Virus record (IMG/VR): IMGVR_UViG_3300025679_000005
Reading direction: 5' to 3' (one strand)
Source: a virus
Lineage: Duplodnaviria; Caudoviricetes
Length of the DNA stretch: 64,000 nucleotides
Positions 60,700 to 64,000 of this stretch are shown here, piece after piece. Every line of letters begins with the position of its first letter. Within the stretch, counting starts at the first letter, position 1. The notes under the pieces are model-generated. The model had not been told where the DNA came from and did no database searches. It saw only the letters and a list, made by a program, of their open reading frames with translations. The position numbers and the translations under genes are program-made.

Positions 60700-60728
60700 A
60701 TGGTAATATCCGCTGTCTAGGTTGTCAA
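60700..60728 (-). promoter_or_regulatory. Sigma70-type promoter TTGACA-N17-TACCAT (near-leaderless)
   Basis: Perfect -35 box, 17-nt spacer; -10 box ends 5 nt before ATG60694. Confidence 0.6.
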
Positions 60729-60750
60729 GTGCACGTGCCGGCACGTACTT

Positions 60751-61626
60751 TCATTTGGGTCGACTTTCTGTGGTTCTGAGGAGCATTTTGCCAAGCTGTC
60801 TGTGTGCCCGCCCTATGCGAGCGATTGTGTCTGGGTGGGTGTAGGTGATTACGAATCCGACGGGGCTTCCTAGACGCGCCCAACGGTCAGCGGCTAGTAC
60901 AAACTCATAGAGTTCTTGAAGGCCCGCCTTCCTCTGTACCAGACCCAAGTCTAAGACCTTGTCCAGGCCCTCCAGGGGAAGCACCAGGCGGTCAAGGAGG
61001 TTGTTCTGACTGGCTAGGGTCAGGAGCATGAACAGCACGTCTAAACGGGCGCTGGGCGTCGTCAGCTCGTTCGTGATCTTCAGCTGCATCAGCTGCTCAC
61101 GTTCTCTGATGAACAACATCCTGTGAGACACCCACTTGGACAACAGCTCCACCACCGGGGCGACGATATGACCTTCAGTCAGGAGGAAGCGTGCTTCCCA
61201 GACAGCTCGGAAGGCTTCCGTAAACAATGAGCCTTGGTCAATCAAAACCCGTAAGGCGTCGTTGGTCTCGATGTTGAAGTCGGTGAGGGTGAGTAGACTC
61301 CAGATGAGGTCCCACGGGTGGGAGATCAGAGAGCCCTTCATCTTCAGGCTGCTGAAACGCTGAGTAAGGTTCTCGACCAGTCCCGAGGCGAGCCACGTTT
61401 CAGCTCCGACAGAGGAGTATGCCGGGTCCTCAACGCGCTCATAGAGTTCGAGGCTCTTCCGGTCGGATTCCTCTAGGAGTAAAATCGGGGAAGTCCCTGC
61501 CTGGCCGACTTTGGACGCCCAGGCAGCTACCCACGGGGCTACCTCACGCTCGGAGGATTCCGGCGATTTGAGACTGGGACGCAATTCCGCCCAAAAAGCC
61601 TCCAAATCTGTCTCAGACATCTCCAT
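60751..61626 (-). CDS. Hypothetical Leu/Glu-rich protein
   Basis: 291-aa ORF. Confidence 0.55.
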   Translation of the reverse strand: MEMSETDLEAFWAELRPSLKSPESSEREVAPWVAAWASKVGQAGTSPILLLEESDRKSLELYERVEDPAYSSVGAETWLASGLVENLTQRFSSLKMKGSLISHPWDLIWSLLTLTDFNIETNDALRVLIDQGSLFTEAFRAVWEARFLLTEGHIVAPVVELLSKWVSHRMLFIREREQLMQLKITNELTTPSARLDVLFMLLTLASQNNLLDRLVLPLEGLDKVLDLGLVQRKAGLQELYEFVLAADRWARLGSPVGFVITYTHPDTIARIGRAHRQLGKMLLRTTESRPK

Positions 61627-61633
61627 CGGAATC

Positions 61634-62194
61634 CTACCGGATCTCTCCGATGGGGTCGCCTAAAAAGATGTCGAACTCAACATCTTTTTCCAAGTCAACA
61701 CACTTGAGACAAAAACGTCCAGCGATTTCAATAATCTCGTAGGTCACCTTACGGAGCCTTCGGGCCTTCTCAATGGCAATGACCGCGTGGATCCCAGAGG
61801 CGGGCCCACCTATGGCAGAATCACAGACACGTTCGATGAAGGTGTCTGGAAGAGCGACCAGGTACGCCCTCAAGTCCTTGGGGGATAGGTGTTGCCCTTC
61901 GAGGACTATCTCTATCAAGCCGGCCAGGTTCTGGTTCTCTAGGGCCTCCTTCCAGTGGCCTGTAAAACGTCGCACCATTTCCGTCACGATCTCTTGGAGA
62001 ACTTCGGGAGGCAGGGAGTGCTTGCGGAAGACCTGTTTTAGATCGAAGATGGTTTTCTCACAGGCAGCGTCCAGCATCGACTCCAGATCCGAGGAACGAG
62101 TGGAGGCAATACGAATCGCTGACTTCTTACGGACAGCGTCCCAGTCGATGAGGAGTTCGTCGGTCATAGCACCAGCAGACCACTTCGTAGCCAA
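61634..62194 (-). CDS. Hypothetical protein
   Basis: 186-aa ORF (likely start MTDELL). Confidence 0.5.
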   Translation of the reverse strand: MATKWSAGAMTDELLIDWDAVRKKSAIRIASTRSSDLESMLDAACEKTIFDLKQVFRKHSLPPEVLQEIVTEMVRRFTGHWKEALENQNLAGLIEIVLEGQHLSPKDLRAYLVALPDTFIERVCDSAIGGPASGIHAVIAIEKARRLRKVTYEIIEIAGRFCLKCVDLEKDVEFDIFLGDPIGEIR

Positions 62195-62622
62195 GCAGGC
62201 GCCGGGCTGTTAACTACGAAGCCAAAGGCCACCCAACGAGGGGGCTCTTCCGCTAAGGTGTGTGCTCTGTGACCTACGTGCAGATTCTTAAAAGCCTCAG
62301 CGATGAGCTTGCCACCCTTTTTTCGAGTCTTAGGATCCAATCCTGCCCTTCGTTTGGAGATCACTTGGATCACTCGGTTCATGATTTCCACGGTGAAGCC
62401 TTCCAATGTCTTTGGAATTGCAAAAACGACCTCGTGGAAAATTCCAGGATCCGGCTCAAAAGCCGTGTGCAACCCCAGTACTAGAGTGCCTGTAAATAGC
62501 ATGGCATCTCGACTATCATTGGAATATCCGTGGTGGATCTCCGTGGATTCATAGAGTTTTGATTGCTCAGGGGTGGGGTCCGACCCTAAGAGGTCCTTGT
62601 GGAATTTAGCGATGGTCGACAT
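62164..62622 (-). CDS. Hypothetical protein
   Basis: 152 aa; CGGTGTA 12 nt upstream. Confidence 0.55.
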   Translation of the reverse strand: MSTIAKFHKDLLGSDPTPEQSKLYESTEIHHGYSNDSRDAMLFTGTLVLGLHTAFEPDPGIFHEVVFAIPKTLEGFTVEIMNRVIQVISKRRAGLDPKTRKKGGKLIAEAFKNLHVGHRAHTLAEEPPRWVAFGFVVNSPAPAWLRSGLLVL

Positions 62623-62627
62623 CCACT

Positions 62628-62641
62628 TGGTGTATACACCG
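62628..62641. promoter_or_regulatory. Class B motif (C/T)GGTGTA, here back-to-back (TGGTGTATACACCG) between divergent genes
   Basis: Representative of about 12 copies found just upstream of gene starts (listed in findings). Confidence 0.55.
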
Positions 62642-62718
62642 AAGACAGAAGGCTTTTATGGCCCGCCTAGGATCCCAATCCCTAATTTTGGGGACGACCC
62701 TTAAAAAGGAAGTGACTG

Positions 62719-63441
62719 ATGGACGTGTTTGCCTGGATTCTCTCTTTCATCATGTTGGTGGCCCCTCCCGGACGGAAGGTCCACTACCAGGATGCTGTCG
62801 AAACCCAAGAAGAAAGCGTCGCTCGATACCAGTCGATTGCCCATGACGTTGTGGCCGTCGTATACGACCCAGCAACCAAGCCCCTCTTCAAAGGCCCCGA
62901 CGGGAGAGCCCGTACTGTGTCGGTGATCCTGAGCATCATGTTTCACGAGTCTAGCTTCATGAAGAATGTGGACTACGGCCTGGGCAAATACGCTAAGGGT
63001 GACGGTGGGCGCTCGGTGTGCATGATGCAGATCAAGGTCGGGGCTGGAAGGACTATGCCCTGGAACACAGTGTGGGATCGCCCCATCAAGTGGAACGACC
63101 GCGAGGAAGAGATCTTCCGAGGATACACCGGAGATGAGCTGATTCAAGACCGAAAGCTGTGCATTAGCGAAGGCCTGAAGATCCTTCGTCTATCGTTCGG
63201 CCAATGCGGCAAGCTCCCCATCGAGGATCGCCTACGGTCCTATGCCTCGGGTAACTGCGAGGAAGGGGCCGCTGCCAGTCACAACCGCATGAACACGGCC
63301 ATCAACTGGTTCTTCAAAAACTACAAGAAGGACTTGGCTGATGACAAGGTCATGTCAATGTTGAACCACTCCGGCTTCTTTGCACCGAAGGTTCTGGACT
63401 CGGACGAGAAGAAAGGGACCGACCTTCTGTCTCAGGAGTGA
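62719..63441 (+). CDS. Secreted lytic transglycosylase/lysozyme-like protein
   Basis: Signal-like N-terminus; IMFHES, SVCMMQI and YASG correspond to the SLT motifs ES, GLMQ and YNAG. Confidence 0.55.
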   Translation: MDVFAWILSFIMLVAPPGRKVHYQDAVETQEESVARYQSIAHDVVAVVYDPATKPLFKGPDGRARTVSVILSIMFHESSFMKNVDYGLGKYAKGDGGRSVCMMQIKVGAGRTMPWNTVWDRPIKWNDREEEIFRGYTGDELIQDRKLCISEGLKILRLSFGQCGKLPIEDRLRSYASGNCEEGAAASHNRMNTAINWFFKNYKKDLADDKVMSMLNHSGFFAPKVLDSDEKKGTDLLSQE

Positions 63442-64000
63442 AGTTTTCTCCAAGCAGCGCTGAGGGCAGCTCTGGTCAAAGGACCAGGGTTGCCATCGGA
63501 TCCTAGCTTGTTGAGCCCTTGGAAGGTCATGAGGGCAGCCTTGGACTTGGGGCCAAAGTTTCCGTCGGCACCGGCTGGGCCCAGGTCGTAACCAAGAGCG
63601 ATAAGAAGCGCTTGGATGTCCTTCGGGTCTTCGAAGGTGGGCTCGCCAGCGAATACCGGGGCAATGACCGCGTGAGCGTCTTGCCAGTCCTGTAGTTCTT
63701 GGGCGAAGTCGGGGAGGTCTACCCCGTATAGCTTTTCCATCATCGGCCGGATCTTGTTGTAGCGACCCGGGTAAATGGTGATGTTAGGCCCGAAAGTCAG
63801 GGCCTTCAGGATGTGGACACACCAGTCTTCGCTCCACTTGGGGGCGTTGGTCGTAGTCACCGCCTGTTCGAGGTACTTGCTGGCAACGGCTGGGAGGTTG
63901 GCGGCGAAGCTCAAGAACCCTGCTCGGAGAGCGCCCACCCAGCCATCGGCAGCGGCCCCGTCGAATAGGATAGCCTTGGCTTTGGCTGTAGCGAACGTTT
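63432..64000 (-). CDS. Peptidoglycan-binding-domain protein, probable endolysin (5' end outside the window)
   Basis: IQALLIALGYDLGPAGADGNFGPKSKAALMTFQ...DGNPGPLT; frame is open to the window edge. Confidence 0.8.
   Translation of the reverse strand, partial: TFATAKAKAILFDGAAADGWVGALRAGFLSFAANLPAVASKYLEQAVTTTNAPKWSEDWCVHILKALTFGPNITIYPGRYNKIRPMMEKLYGVDLPDFAQELQDWQDAHAVIAPVFAGEPTFEDPKDIQALLIALGYDLGPAGADGNFGPKSKAALMTFQGLNKLGSDGNPGPLTRAALSAAWRKLHS

Noticed and set aside
1-64000. tRNA/rRNA genes, cas1/cas2, integrase, reverse transcriptase (DGR or retron) and stop-codon recoding
   Set aside because: No supporting motifs seen by eye, and genes are intact under the standard code with TAG/TGA/TAA used as stops; tRNAscan-SE and HMM searches would be needed to exclude them formally
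1-64000. Eukaryotic giant-virus origin (TopIB, SNF2, zinc-ribbon nucleases)
   Set aside because: Pol A, DnaB, Ku, ClpX, response regulator, PG-binding protein, SD sequences and overlapping operons indicate a bacteriophage

Overview
About 64 kb of a large tailed bacteriophage genome (standard genetic code, dense and often translationally coupled genes; the Gram-negative host is inferred). 1-11.3 kb holds virion/tail genes and a membrane, possibly lysis, cassette. 11.4-22 kb is replication: an SNF2-type helicase with two LAGLIDADG inteins, a degenerate DnaC-like protein, a DnaB helicase, a stand-alone CHC2 zinc finger and a family A DNA polymerase. 22-64 kb is a long accessory region with DUF2997/DUF1257/Ycf46-like AAA, macrodomain, vWA, GIY-YIG, nitrilase, ClpX, DUF1848, a histone-like protein, a solo IS605 tnpB, a DHH phosphoesterase, Ku, topoisomerase IB, a zincin, Dam, a response regulator, RNase HII, a CCA-adding enzyme, EndoVII and cell-wall enzymes. 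The main finding is a compact type V-like CRISPR locus at 52.65-55.08 kb (minus strand). It comprises a 649-aa TnpB-derived RuvC nuclease with an intact catalytic triad, a structured ~290-nt intergenic region with a 29-nt anti-repeat (putative tracrRNA), and a mini-array of three identical 37-bp repeats with two 40-bp spacers; no cas1/cas2 is seen in the window. Other notable observations are a DHH enzyme with a PheRS-alpha-like tRNA-binding coiled-coil insert, two recurring promoter-like motifs, and a short peptide motif shared by several unrelated proteins. Family names come from manual motif recognition; no database search was run.
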